Source: Candidatus Omnitrophica bacterium UBA6233 (GTDB lineage Bacteria > Omnitrophota > Gorgyraeia > Gygaellales > Profunditerraquicolaceae). From it: DNA of 64,000 bases. The notes under the pieces are model-generated. The model saw only the letters and a program-made list of their open reading frames with translations, searched no databases and was not told the origin of the DNA. The stretch spans positions 7,627 to 71,626 of the forward strand of contig DJWJ01000033.1 in assembly GCA_002440965.1 (NCBI GenBank), given 5' to 3'. The translations under genes were made by a program, and so were the position numbers. Positions 40,196-48,161 of the stretch are shown here, piece by piece (position 1 is the first letter of the stretch; each line of letters starts with the position of its first letter).

Positions 40196-40660
40196 TGCCC
40201 TTAAGCAGAGCGTCAGGCTCGCTCTCATCAGCGGGTCCTGCCGCGGAAGTATCCCCATTCCTGCGGGCGGCCGTGCCGTCCTCGGAACGGGGAAGCCCCT
40301 CTTCCGCGTCACCTGCGCACAGCTCTTTCCGCTCGCTAGCTCTAGAGTAGACCCACTGTCCCGATTGAATTGGAAACAGGGAGTACTGCTCGCCACCCGC
40401 TAACGGACATATTAACTACAAATATGTTTATAAATGACACTGACAAGTTGAGCCGCGAATTAGAGCTTTTGTGGTTTTGGCGGAGCGCGCATTAGAAAAT
40501 TTTCGGCAAGTGAGTGCGAGGAATTACGGCGAACGGAGGACCTTCTCGAAAGCGTAAGTCTGTCCGGGAGTGAGCCGTAAACCGAAGCACTCGGCGAAAA
40601 TTTTCAGCGCGCGGAGACAAAACCGCAAAAGCTGCCTCACACGATGAGACTTAACAGTGG
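40196..40660. ncRNA. candidate structured non-coding RNA / regulatory leader (GC-rich island with long-range helices); identity and strand unresolved
   Basis: The local GC content is far above the window background. No credible ORF covers it; the 40184-40396 ORF translates to R/S/P-rich nonsense. A 170-nt domain at 40464-40633 closes with about 27 bp of near-perfect pairing, with interior helices GAAAAUUUUC..GAGUGC/GCACUC..GAAAAUUUUC and UUACGGC/GCCGUAA. The 5' half has hairpins at 40207-40225 and 40289-40299, and a CCGCGGAAG/CUUCCGCG stem at 40241-40249/40301-40308. Confidence 0.35.
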
Positions 40661-40671
40661 CATTTAAATTA

Positions 40672-42690
40672 TTAAACCTTGAGAATTGAATCCGCGGCAG
40701 AGATTACGTCCTCGACGCTTATTGCCTTTAGACAGGCGAATCCTTTCTGGCAATTGTGCGCCAAACATTCAATACAGGCAGCTTTATGCAGAATCCTGTC
40801 GCGCGCGCCCACCGGCCCCCATCTTTTCGGGCTTAACCCCGCCTGATTCCTTGCGAATATCGAAATGACCGGCGTACCCACGGCGCAAGCAATATGCACC
40901 GGGCCGGAATCGTTGGAAATAAAAAGCTGACATCTTTTTAATATGCCGGCTAACTGTGTTATGGAGGTTTTCCCGGCTAAATTTATGGCAGCAGAATGCA
41001 TATGTTTAATCAGGTTATCCGCAAGTTTATAGTCTTTTGCGCTGGATATGACTAAAATCTTGAAACCGTATTTTTGCGCTAACCTATCGGCTGCCTGAGC
41101 AAAGCGTTCAACCGGCCAAATCTTCGACGGACAACTGGCTGCCGGGTTAAGAGCCAATAACCTATCCGTTTCATTTACAGCCTCCTGTTTAAAGAATCCC
41201 TGAACCCACTTTTCAGAATCAATTCTTACCGGCATAAATAAACTTCTATCTTTTGCTTCAATCCCCAGATACCTCAACAAATCCAGGTTATATTCCGATT
41301 CATGTTTTTCGCCGAGTTGCTTGGTATGTTTGATTGCATCCGTAAGCAAAAATCCGAGCTTGCGGTCATAACCGATTCTTCTGGGTATACCGCTAAGAAA
41401 AGTTAACAAATGCACCCGGCTAGCCGGATGCAAAATCAGCGCCAAATCGAATTTCTCTTTTTTAAGTTCCCGGACCAATTTAACCGAACGAAACCAACCT
41501 TTATGTTTTCCTTCTTTGTCCAAAACAATCACTTTATCCAAATACGGATTGCCCGCGACTATGTCTTTAGCATACGGAGAAACCATCATCGCTATATAAC
41601 TCTGGGGAAATCTGTCTCTTAAAGCTTTGATCACCGGCGTAGACAAGAGCACATCGCCGATTCTATCCGTGCGCGCAATGAGTATACGCTTAAAATTATC
41701 CCGGCTCCTGGCTCTTGGCTCCTGGCTCTTGGAAGTAAAAATTTCCTTTACCGCCCTGAAAACATCCTCTGTTTTTACTAAAAATATACATTCTAAAGTC
41801 CCGAACCGGCATTGCGCTTTTTGGCATGGACGGCAAGAGATTTCTTTTTTAACTACAAAAGAATGCTCTGACCACGGGCCGTATTTAGCATCACTGGTTA
41901 TCCCGAATACCGCCACCACCGAAACATTTAAATAGCTTGCCAGATGCAAAGCCGCGCTATCATTCGTAACCAAAAGCCCGGCCCTCTTTATAAGATAACC
42001 TAATTCGCTTAATGAAGTCTTGGCGCCTAAATTCAAGGCCCCGGTATTTTGGGCTATATATTCATTGGTTGGCTCATCGTTTTTATCTCCGACTAAAACG
42101 ATTTTTACCGGTAACTCTTTGGACAATCTCTTGATTAATTCGACAAATCGCTCCTTTGGCCAACGCTTGGTGTGACTGCGGGCTCCTGCGGAAATTACGA
42201 TAAATTTATCACTCTGGCCTATCCCGCCTTCTTTTAATAAACTGTCCACCTTCTCCCGGCTAGCCCCGCTGAAATGAAGCGACTTACCGGCTTCTGCCGC
42301 ATGCAGACCTTTAAGGATTCTCCCGATTTTATAAAGATGCCTGTCTTTAGCATGTTTTACATCTTTGGGTATGCGCGTATAAAAAGAGGTTTTATATCTG
42401 GCCGCAAGAAGTACTCCGAAAAAACTATTTCGCAGGTCAACCACCGCCTCAAACCTCTCCTTCCATAAAAAAATCAGCAATTTTATGTTTTCTCTGAGGC
42501 TTGAGCGTTTTTCATATACGATCAAACGCTGGATATCGGGATTCCCTTCAAAAATGCCCCTTGCCCGGGCTCCGCAGATCACGGTAACTTTTGCTTCAGG
42601 AAACTTTTTCCGAAGACTATCCAATACCGGCAAGGTAAGGATTACGTCGCCGATATTACTTAGAGTAATGAAGAGGATTTTATTAACCAT
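40672..42690 (-). CDS. tandem double glycosyltransferase family 9 (heptosyltransferase-like) fusion protein
   Basis: Two complete GT9 modules, each with N-terminal ILxxxxxxIGDVLLSTP-type and C-terminal ND(S/T)GPxHxAxAxGTP motifs. The track ORF starts at 42777, but the first 29 codons are repeat-encoded, so I place the start at MVNKILFITLSNIGDV (42690). Confidence 0.7.
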   Translation of the reverse strand: MVNKILFITLSNIGDVILTLPVLDSLRKKFPEAKVTVICGARARGIFEGNPDIQRLIVYEKRSSLRENIKLLIFLWKERFEAVVDLRNSFFGVLLAARYKTSFYTRIPKDVKHAKDRHLYKIGRILKGLHAAEAGKSLHFSGASREKVDSLLKEGGIGQSDKFIVISAGARSHTKRWPKERFVELIKRLSKELPVKIVLVGDKNDEPTNEYIAQNTGALNLGAKTSLSELGYLIKRAGLLVTNDSAALHLASYLNVSVVAVFGITSDAKYGPWSEHSFVVKKEISCRPCQKAQCRFGTLECIFLVKTEDVFRAVKEIFTSKSQEPRARSRDNFKRILIARTDRIGDVLLSTPVIKALRDRFPQSYIAMMVSPYAKDIVAGNPYLDKVIVLDKEGKHKGWFRSVKLVRELKKEKFDLALILHPASRVHLLTFLSGIPRRIGYDRKLGFLLTDAIKHTKQLGEKHESEYNLDLLRYLGIEAKDRSLFMPVRIDSEKWVQGFFKQEAVNETDRLLALNPAASCPSKIWPVERFAQAADRLAQKYGFKILVISSAKDYKLADNLIKHMHSAAINLAGKTSITQLAGILKRCQLFISNDSGPVHIACAVGTPVISIFARNQAGLSPKRWGPVGARDRILHKAACIECLAHNCQKGFACLKAISVEDVISAADSILKV

Positions 42691-42699
42691 AATTAATTT

Positions 42700-42850
42700 T
42701 GATCGCGGCTGTTTTAATGTCAAAGCCCAAAAATTCAAAATGACAAATACCCAATGACAAAACCTTGGTTTTGACATTTGTAATTTTGATTTTGAATTTA
42801 TTTTGGGCTTTGAATTTTGTCATTTGTCATTACACTTTTTACTTCTTCTA
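42700..42850. repeat. palindromic element, family 1 (between the two GT9 genes; supplies stop of upstream gene and spurious 5' extension of downstream gene)
   Basis: ttttaatgtcaaagcccaaaaattcaaaatgacaaatacccaatgacaaaaccttggttttgacatttgtaattttgattttgaatttattttgggctttgaattttgtcatttgtcattacactttttacttc. Confidence 0.85.
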
Positions 42851-43853
42851 TCACCTCATCCGGAGTAATGGCTTTCATGCAGCGGTTATCGTGACAACTG
42901 GTTTCGTAACAGGGGATTTTACAGCCCACGTTTTTTTGCAGGATAATTACATTTTTTAGCGGATACGGCCCGGTAATCGCGGGAGAGGTAGGGCCAAAAA
43001 GAGCGATTATCTTCTTTGCTCCTACGCTATTGGCGATATGCAGCGGCCCGGTATCGGCGGTAATAAATAAACTCGCCCTTCTTGCCAACGCGCCGAATTG
43101 CTTTATATTAAATACGCCGCAGGCCACTAGGGGTTTATGTATCATTTTATCCCGGATATAAGTAACTAATGACAAGTCATTAACCGCTCCGGTGAGGATA
43201 ATTTTAGCCCCAAATTTTTCGACTAATTTATCCGCTAAAACCGGCCAATAATCTTTAGGCCAGCGTTTAGGCGACCAATTTCCTCCGGGATTGCATACCA
43301 CAATAAAATCATTATCCTTGACCGAATTTTTCCTAAAGAAATCTTCCATGAAAGCATTATCTTCAACGCTTATAAAAAAATCTGTATACCGGTCTTCTAT
43401 CCTCAGCCCTGATTTTTCGATGACATCAAGATAATAATCTATGCGGTGCAAAGAATCTCTTTGGGGAGGAATAATTTTCTTTGTAAGCAGAAAGGCCCTT
43501 TTTTTAGTGAGATGTCCTATCCTTTCGGGTATACCTGCCAGACGGCAAATCAGGGCCCGGCTAAATGACTTGTGCAGGAGAAAAACTGCGTCGAACTTCT
43601 TGAGCCGAAGAACACGTATGAAACTTAACAAAGAAAACACGCCCTTATGCCTGTCTTTCTCGTCAAAGATGATTATCTCATCCAGATACGGATTGCCTTT
43701 CAAAACAGGATAACACCTCGGAGGAATAATACAGGCCAAGTAACTCTCCGGATAGTTATGCCGGATATTCCTGATTACTGCGGTAGAAAATAGCACATCC
43801 CCTAACCAATTGACATTAAAGACCAATATCTTTTTGTAACTTTTGGCATTCAT
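42798..43853 (-). CDS. glycosyltransferase family 9 (ADP-heptose:LPS heptosyltransferase, WaaC/WaaF-like)
   Basis: 351 aa GT9 with NWLGDVLFSTAVI and TADTGPLHIANSVGAKKIIALFGPTSP. The C-terminal ~14 codons and the stop lie within a repeat copy. Confidence 0.75.
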   Translation of the reverse strand: MNAKSYKKILVFNVNWLGDVLFSTAVIRNIRHNYPESYLACIIPPRCYPVLKGNPYLDEIIIFDEKDRHKGVFSLLSFIRVLRLKKFDAVFLLHKSFSRALICRLAGIPERIGHLTKKRAFLLTKKIIPPQRDSLHRIDYYLDVIEKSGLRIEDRYTDFFISVEDNAFMEDFFRKNSVKDNDFIVVCNPGGNWSPKRWPKDYWPVLADKLVEKFGAKIILTGAVNDLSLVTYIRDKMIHKPLVACGVFNIKQFGALARRASLFITADTGPLHIANSVGAKKIIALFGPTSPAITGPYPLKNVIILQKNVGCKIPCYETSCHDNRCMKAITPDEVIEEVKSVMTNDKIQSPK

Positions 43854-44668
43854 TTGCTGCGATTCTCCCTTATAAAATTATAATATCCGCTCGTCTCAAC
43901 CCAGAAAACAAACATATTCGCGCAATTCCTGGAAATCCTTAATCTTTTTAAAGCAAAGATATCGTCATCGGGGATTTTCATGCCGGGATTGGTCGCCACT
44001 GCAAATTTATAGCCGGTCTCGACAACTACCCTCCTTATTCTTTCATTGAATCTGCCTGCGGGATAACTAAAGGATTTTATTTCACACCCCAATCTATCTT
44101 CCAATATTTTTTTAGAGTCCCGGATTTCTTTTACTATCTCTTCCTGCGAGGACAAATCAACCAGATAAGAATGATTGACAGTGTGGGATCCGATATCGAC
44201 AAGCCCGGATGCCTGCATAGTTTTTATTTCATCCCAGGAGACCCTGTCGGCCTGCGCCCGGCCCACCTCGTTGATTATTATAAATAGGGTTGCCGGAAAA
44301 TTATACTCCTTTAGCACAGGAAAGGCGTAATTATAATTATCTTTGTATCCGTCATCAAAGGTTATAACTATAGGACGGACAGGGACTCTCTTTTTATTCT
44401 TAATGATATCAACTGCTTCCTCCAAAGTGATAATATTATAATGCCGGTCTTGCAAAAAACGCATCTGTTTCCTGAAGATTTCCGGGGTTATAGCCAGAGA
44501 CTCTCCTTCCTTGGCATCCGGGCTAATCGAGTGATACATTAAAATCGGGATAACATATTTTCCCCTGACAAAATTTATAAGCGACGCTGCCAAAATCCCC
44601 AGAATCACAACAATTATAATTAATCTTTTGCGTTTAAACACCTTGAGTACTCCTCTTCTGTTTCGCAA
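43850..44668 (-). CDS. polysaccharide deacetylase (NodB-homology, CE4)
   Basis: 272 aa with an N-terminal TM and the NodB motifs ITFDDGY and HTVNH. Confidence 0.75.
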   Translation of the reverse strand: MRNRRGVLKVFKRKRLIIIVVILGILAASLINFVRGKYVIPILMYHSISPDAKEGESLAITPEIFRKQMRFLQDRHYNIITLEEAVDIIKNKKRVPVRPIVITFDDGYKDNYNYAFPVLKEYNFPATLFIIINEVGRAQADRVSWDEIKTMQASGLVDIGSHTVNHSYLVDLSSQEEIVKEIRDSKKILEDRLGCEIKSFSYPAGRFNERIRRVVVETGYKFAVATNPGMKIPDDDIFALKRLRISRNCANMFVFWVETSGYYNFIRENRSK

Positions 44669-45723
44669 ACCATCTTTTCTTGGGAAAAATTCTGCCGGAT
44701 AAATACCTGAGCCTGTTTTCCCAAGCTAGCCCTTTTTACCGGATTATTTAACAAAGCTAGGATTGCTTTTGCCAACCCTCGGCTATCGGCAGGCTCAACC
44801 AGTAAACCGCTGATTCCGTCTTGAATCAAGGTTTTGATCCCGCCGACATTTGAACCAATAACCGCTAACCCTTGCGCCATTGCCTCCATAAGAGCCAGAC
44901 CTAATCCCTCCCGAAGCGAGGGCATAACGAATATATCCATCAAAGCTAAAGTATTTACAGTATCCTGGATTTCCGGCATAAAAAACACTTTCCTGTCAAT
45001 ACCAAGCAAACTGACCTGCCGAATTAACTCTTCCTGCATTCTCCCGGAACCGACAATAAGGAGATTAGCCGAAGGGAATTCTCCTAAAACCGTCTTCATC
45101 GCTTCAATCAAGTATTTATGCCCTTTTACATCCGAGAGCCGGGCAATTATACCGACGACAGGGCCATCGCCTAAACCTAACCCTGCCTTATCCGGCAGGA
45201 GGCCAGAAGCAGAGGGGGCGCGAAACCTATCCATATCTATACCGTTGTTTATTACAGTTATTTTATTCTCGGCCAATTTAAAATCGACGATAAGATGCTC
45301 TTTCACCTGCCGGCTTATGGCAATCACTTTATCCCCCCAGCAAGGAAAAAACCTACGCAAAAAACGCCTCTTGAAGAAACCGTGACAGGTAAATATATGT
45401 TTTACTCCGCTAGCATGAGCCAACAAACAACCTAAAACTTGAGTAGTCCGGCTATGCGAGTGAACGATATCAATTTTATTTTCTTTTACTACACCGGACA
45501 GCTTAAACGCGCTCAGGATTATTTTAGGATTAATCTCTTTCTTCGTCATTATCGGTATAGGAATAACTTCCAGGCCCGATTCTTTAAATTTATCCGTGAG
45601 TTCTCCTCCGGAAGCAGCAACGAATACATTATGCCCTTTTTTCTTAAGGCCGCCGGCCAAGGTAAAAAGATAGCTGGTTATTCCGCCGGTGTTGAGATGG
45701 TTTGTGATAAATAAAATATTCAT
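44620..45723 (-). CDS. glycosyltransferase family 4
   Basis: 367 aa GT-B. The N-terminus resembles Glyco_trans_4-like N domains and the C-terminus carries the E..G..E.MA.G.PV motif. Confidence 0.75.
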   Translation of the reverse strand: MNILFITNHLNTGGITSYLFTLAGGLKKKGHNVFVAASGGELTDKFKESGLEVIPIPIMTKKEINPKIILSAFKLSGVVKENKIDIVHSHSRTTQVLGCLLAHASGVKHIFTCHGFFKRRFLRRFFPCWGDKVIAISRQVKEHLIVDFKLAENKITVINNGIDMDRFRAPSASGLLPDKAGLGLGDGPVVGIIARLSDVKGHKYLIEAMKTVLGEFPSANLLIVGSGRMQEELIRQVSLLGIDRKVFFMPEIQDTVNTLALMDIFVMPSLREGLGLALMEAMAQGLAVIGSNVGGIKTLIQDGISGLLVEPADSRGLAKAILALLNNPVKRASLGKQAQVFIRQNFSQEKMVCETEEEYSRCLNAKD

Positions 45724-45737
45724 ATATTCTTAAATTA

Positions 45738-45920
45738 CAAAGGTCAAAGCTCAAAATTCAAAATAAATCTAAATGACAAATACCAAATGAAAAAACCTTA
45801 GTTTTGATATTTGTGTTTTTAGTTTTGGATTTATTTTGTGCTTTGAATTTTGTCATTTGTCATTAAACTTTCTACTTTTAAATTGTGGTTTTGACTTCTG
45901 ATTTGTTACTTTCTACTTCG
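45738..45920. repeat. palindromic element, family 1 (full-length with tail module)
   Basis: aaaggtcaaagctcaaaattcaaaataaatctaaatgacaaataccaaatgaaaaaaccttagttttgatatttgtgtttttagttttggatttattttgtgctttgaattttgtcatttgtcatt, plus aaattgtggttttgacttctg. Confidence 0.85.
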
Positions 45921-45925
45921 GCTAT

Positions 45926-48046
45926 TTACTTGAGTAATTTCTCTATTGCTTCCAGCACTTCCTCAACCGTAATCAAATTCATGCACTTTTTATGCCTGCA
46001 TTTTGGTTTATAGCAGGGGCTGCAGGGCAATTCCCTTCTGATGATTACACGCTCTCTTGCCGGAGGCATATGCCTTGCCGGATCAGTCGGGCCAAAAAAA
46101 GCGATTACCGGGATATTCACCGCGCAAGCTACATGTAAAGGCGAAGAATCCGCTGAAATATACAGAGAACAGCGTTTAATAAGCGCGGCTAACTGGTTAA
46201 TGCTGGTCTTGGCGCAGGCATTAATGATCTTGGTGCTCTTTACCATCGAGGCTAACATATTAGCTTGAGCCACGTCCTCCTGTGTTCCGGTAACAACCAC
46301 GCGTATATTCTTGAGGCCGAGTTCATCGCATAATTTAGCCAAGCGTTCTTTAGGCCAACACTTGGTTAACCACCGTTTACTAGCGCTGATATTTATCCCG
46401 ATAATTTTCTGGTCGGCGCTTAACCATTCCTTATTCAGGAAATTCTCAATATACTCTTGGTCTTCTTTGCTCGGCCATAATTCCAAACGGTTATCCCGCA
46501 AATCTATCCCCAGCATCTTCAATACGCGGAACTGATGCGTAACCGGGTCCATAGCCGGTTTTTCATCTTTGATCCGGTGGTTAAGCAGAAAACCAAACCT
46601 CTTGTTATCATAACCAAAACGATCAGGGGCCAAAGAAAGGAAAGAAAGCAAATGGCTGGCTTTGTTATTCTGCAGGTCAATGACCAAATCAAAATTCTTT
46701 TTTCTTAACGAGCGGGCAATATTCAAAAATCCCTTAACTCCTTTATCCTTATTTTTAAGGTCGACCACCAGTAGTTCGTCTATATAAGGGCTTCTAAGCA
46801 AAACCTCTTTGGATTCTTCTCCGACCATAAAACTGATTTTATGCTGGGGGAATTTCTCCCTTATCGCCCGCAAACCCGGCGTAGACAGAATCACGTCTCC
46901 CAGAGAACTCAACTTGATAATTAAAAGCTTAAAGCTGGTTAACGCGTCCTTATAAACATCAAGCGTATTGTTCACCATCAACTCGACGCTATATTTCTCT
47001 TTCACCTTCTGGTAGGCTGCTTCGGCAAAATTACGCGCTAATTCCGGATCCTTGTATATTTTAATCACCGCTTCGGCTATGCTTTGAGGATCGCTTGGCG
47101 CTACCATCAATCCTGTGCGGCCATTCTCAATAATATCAACTACGCCTCCCACTTTGGTCGCTACAACCGGCACACCGGATGCCTGCGCTTCCACAATCAC
47201 CCTGCCAAAGGCTTCATGCGTCGTCGTAGCCAAAACCACCAGATCCAAATTGGACAAGACTTCCGGGATATTCCTTTGCGTGCCTAAAAATTCCGTGCAA
47301 TGGTCAAGCCCTAACCTTCTGGTCAAAACCTGTATCTGTTCTTTATAAGCTTGCCGCGAACTCGGAGCATCCCCGACTATCCAGATTTTTAAATTCGGCA
47401 CAACCCGGGCTACCTTAGCCATAGCCTTGATAAAAAAGAGATGCCCCTTTAACGGAGTAATCCTGCCGATAATGCCGACGTTAAAATCCTTGCCGCGTTT
47501 CTTATCCGGACTCAAGTATTTAAATTTCTCCAAATCTACGCTGCGGGGAACCAGCTTAATCCGGTCATGCGGAACTTGAAAATCTTCGATCATGTGCCGG
47601 GCAATTATGTTACTTAAAACTATCACCCGCTTGGCCCATCCCATCACATAACTAAAAGGATGCTTTTTGTAATAACCATGGCAAGTAGTAACAAAGACGG
47701 TTTTTGTCGAACGAGCCGCAAAATAAGCAATCCAAGCCGGAACTCGCGAACGGGCATGCACAATATCGATTTCTTCTTTTTTGATAATCTCAATCAACCG
47801 GGGAATAGTTCTAATTATACTGATGAAGGATTTTCTATGCACCGGGAGCTGGTAATGAATCCCCCCCAGCGCCTCTAGATCCTTAACCAGCGAGCCGCCG
47901 GCAGAAACCACCACTGCTTTATGGCCCAGGCGCACCAAATACTTAGATAAATCCAGGGTTCCGGTTTCAACCCCGCCGACATTCAGTTCAGGTAATATTT
48001 GTAGAATATTCATAATTTTCAATTCGAAGTTAATGTCAAAGGCCAA
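45926..48046 (-). CDS. GT4 glycosyltransferase fused to C-terminal GT9 heptosyltransferase-like domain
   Basis: 706 aa. Residues ~1-365 are GT4 (EAQASGVPVVATKVGG). Residues ~370-706 are GT9 (LIIKLSSLGDVILSTP...SADSSPLHVACAVNIPVIAFFGPTDP). Confidence 0.7.
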   Translation of the reverse strand: MAFDINFELKIMNILQILPELNVGGVETGTLDLSKYLVRLGHKAVVVSAGGSLVKDLEALGGIHYQLPVHRKSFISIIRTIPRLIEIIKKEEIDIVHARSRVPAWIAYFAARSTKTVFVTTCHGYYKKHPFSYVMGWAKRVIVLSNIIARHMIEDFQVPHDRIKLVPRSVDLEKFKYLSPDKKRGKDFNVGIIGRITPLKGHLFFIKAMAKVARVVPNLKIWIVGDAPSSRQAYKEQIQVLTRRLGLDHCTEFLGTQRNIPEVLSNLDLVVLATTTHEAFGRVIVEAQASGVPVVATKVGGVVDIIENGRTGLMVAPSDPQSIAEAVIKIYKDPELARNFAEAAYQKVKEKYSVELMVNNTLDVYKDALTSFKLLIIKLSSLGDVILSTPGLRAIREKFPQHKISFMVGEESKEVLLRSPYIDELLVVDLKNKDKGVKGFLNIARSLRKKNFDLVIDLQNNKASHLLSFLSLAPDRFGYDNKRFGFLLNHRIKDEKPAMDPVTHQFRVLKMLGIDLRDNRLELWPSKEDQEYIENFLNKEWLSADQKIIGINISASKRWLTKCWPKERLAKLCDELGLKNIRVVVTGTQEDVAQANMLASMVKSTKIINACAKTSINQLAALIKRCSLYISADSSPLHVACAVNIPVIAFFGPTDPARHMPPARERVIIRRELPCSPCYKPKCRHKKCMNLITVEEVLEAIEKLLK

Positions 48047-48150
48047 AGCTCAAAATCCAAAATAAATCCAAAACTCAAATACCAAAACGAGGATTTTGTC
48101 ATTTGGTATTTGTAATTTGTGCTTATTTTGAATTTTGTCATTTTTCATTA
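48030..48150. repeat. palindromic element, family 1 (diverged, short)
   Basis: ttaatgtcaaaggccaaagctcaaaatccaaaataaatccaaaactcaaataccaaaacgaggattttgtcatttggtatttgtaatttgtgcttattttgaattttgtcatttttcatt. Confidence 0.75.
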
Positions 48151-48161
48151 CGCTTCTTAAT

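Noticed and set aside
40320-40350. Clustered 6-bp palindromes (gctagc, tctaga, ccgcgg) raised the possibility of a cloning-vector polylinker contaminant.
   Set aside because: The sites are scattered over >100 bp, not arranged as a polylinker. The flanking sequence has no vector backbone features, and the region joins seamlessly to native genes on both sides.
40184-40396. I considered the 70-aa ORF inside the GC-rich island as a protein gene.
   Set aside because: The translation is R/S/P/A-rich low-complexity sequence typical of out-of-context GC-rich DNA. It has no start context and no homology I recognise. The region shows RNA-like long-range complementarity instead.
40196-40660. I tried to assign the GC-rich island to RNase P RNA, tmRNA, SRP/4.5S RNA, 6S RNA, a cobalamin riboswitch or tRNA.
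   Set aside because: On either strand I cannot find the P4 GGAAAGUCCGGGCUCC or ACAGAACCCGGCUUA blocks, a tRNA-like GGUUCGAUUCC T-arm with ACCA tail, the SRP domain IV GGAA/AGCAG loops, or the B12 box. I have left it as an unassigned candidate.
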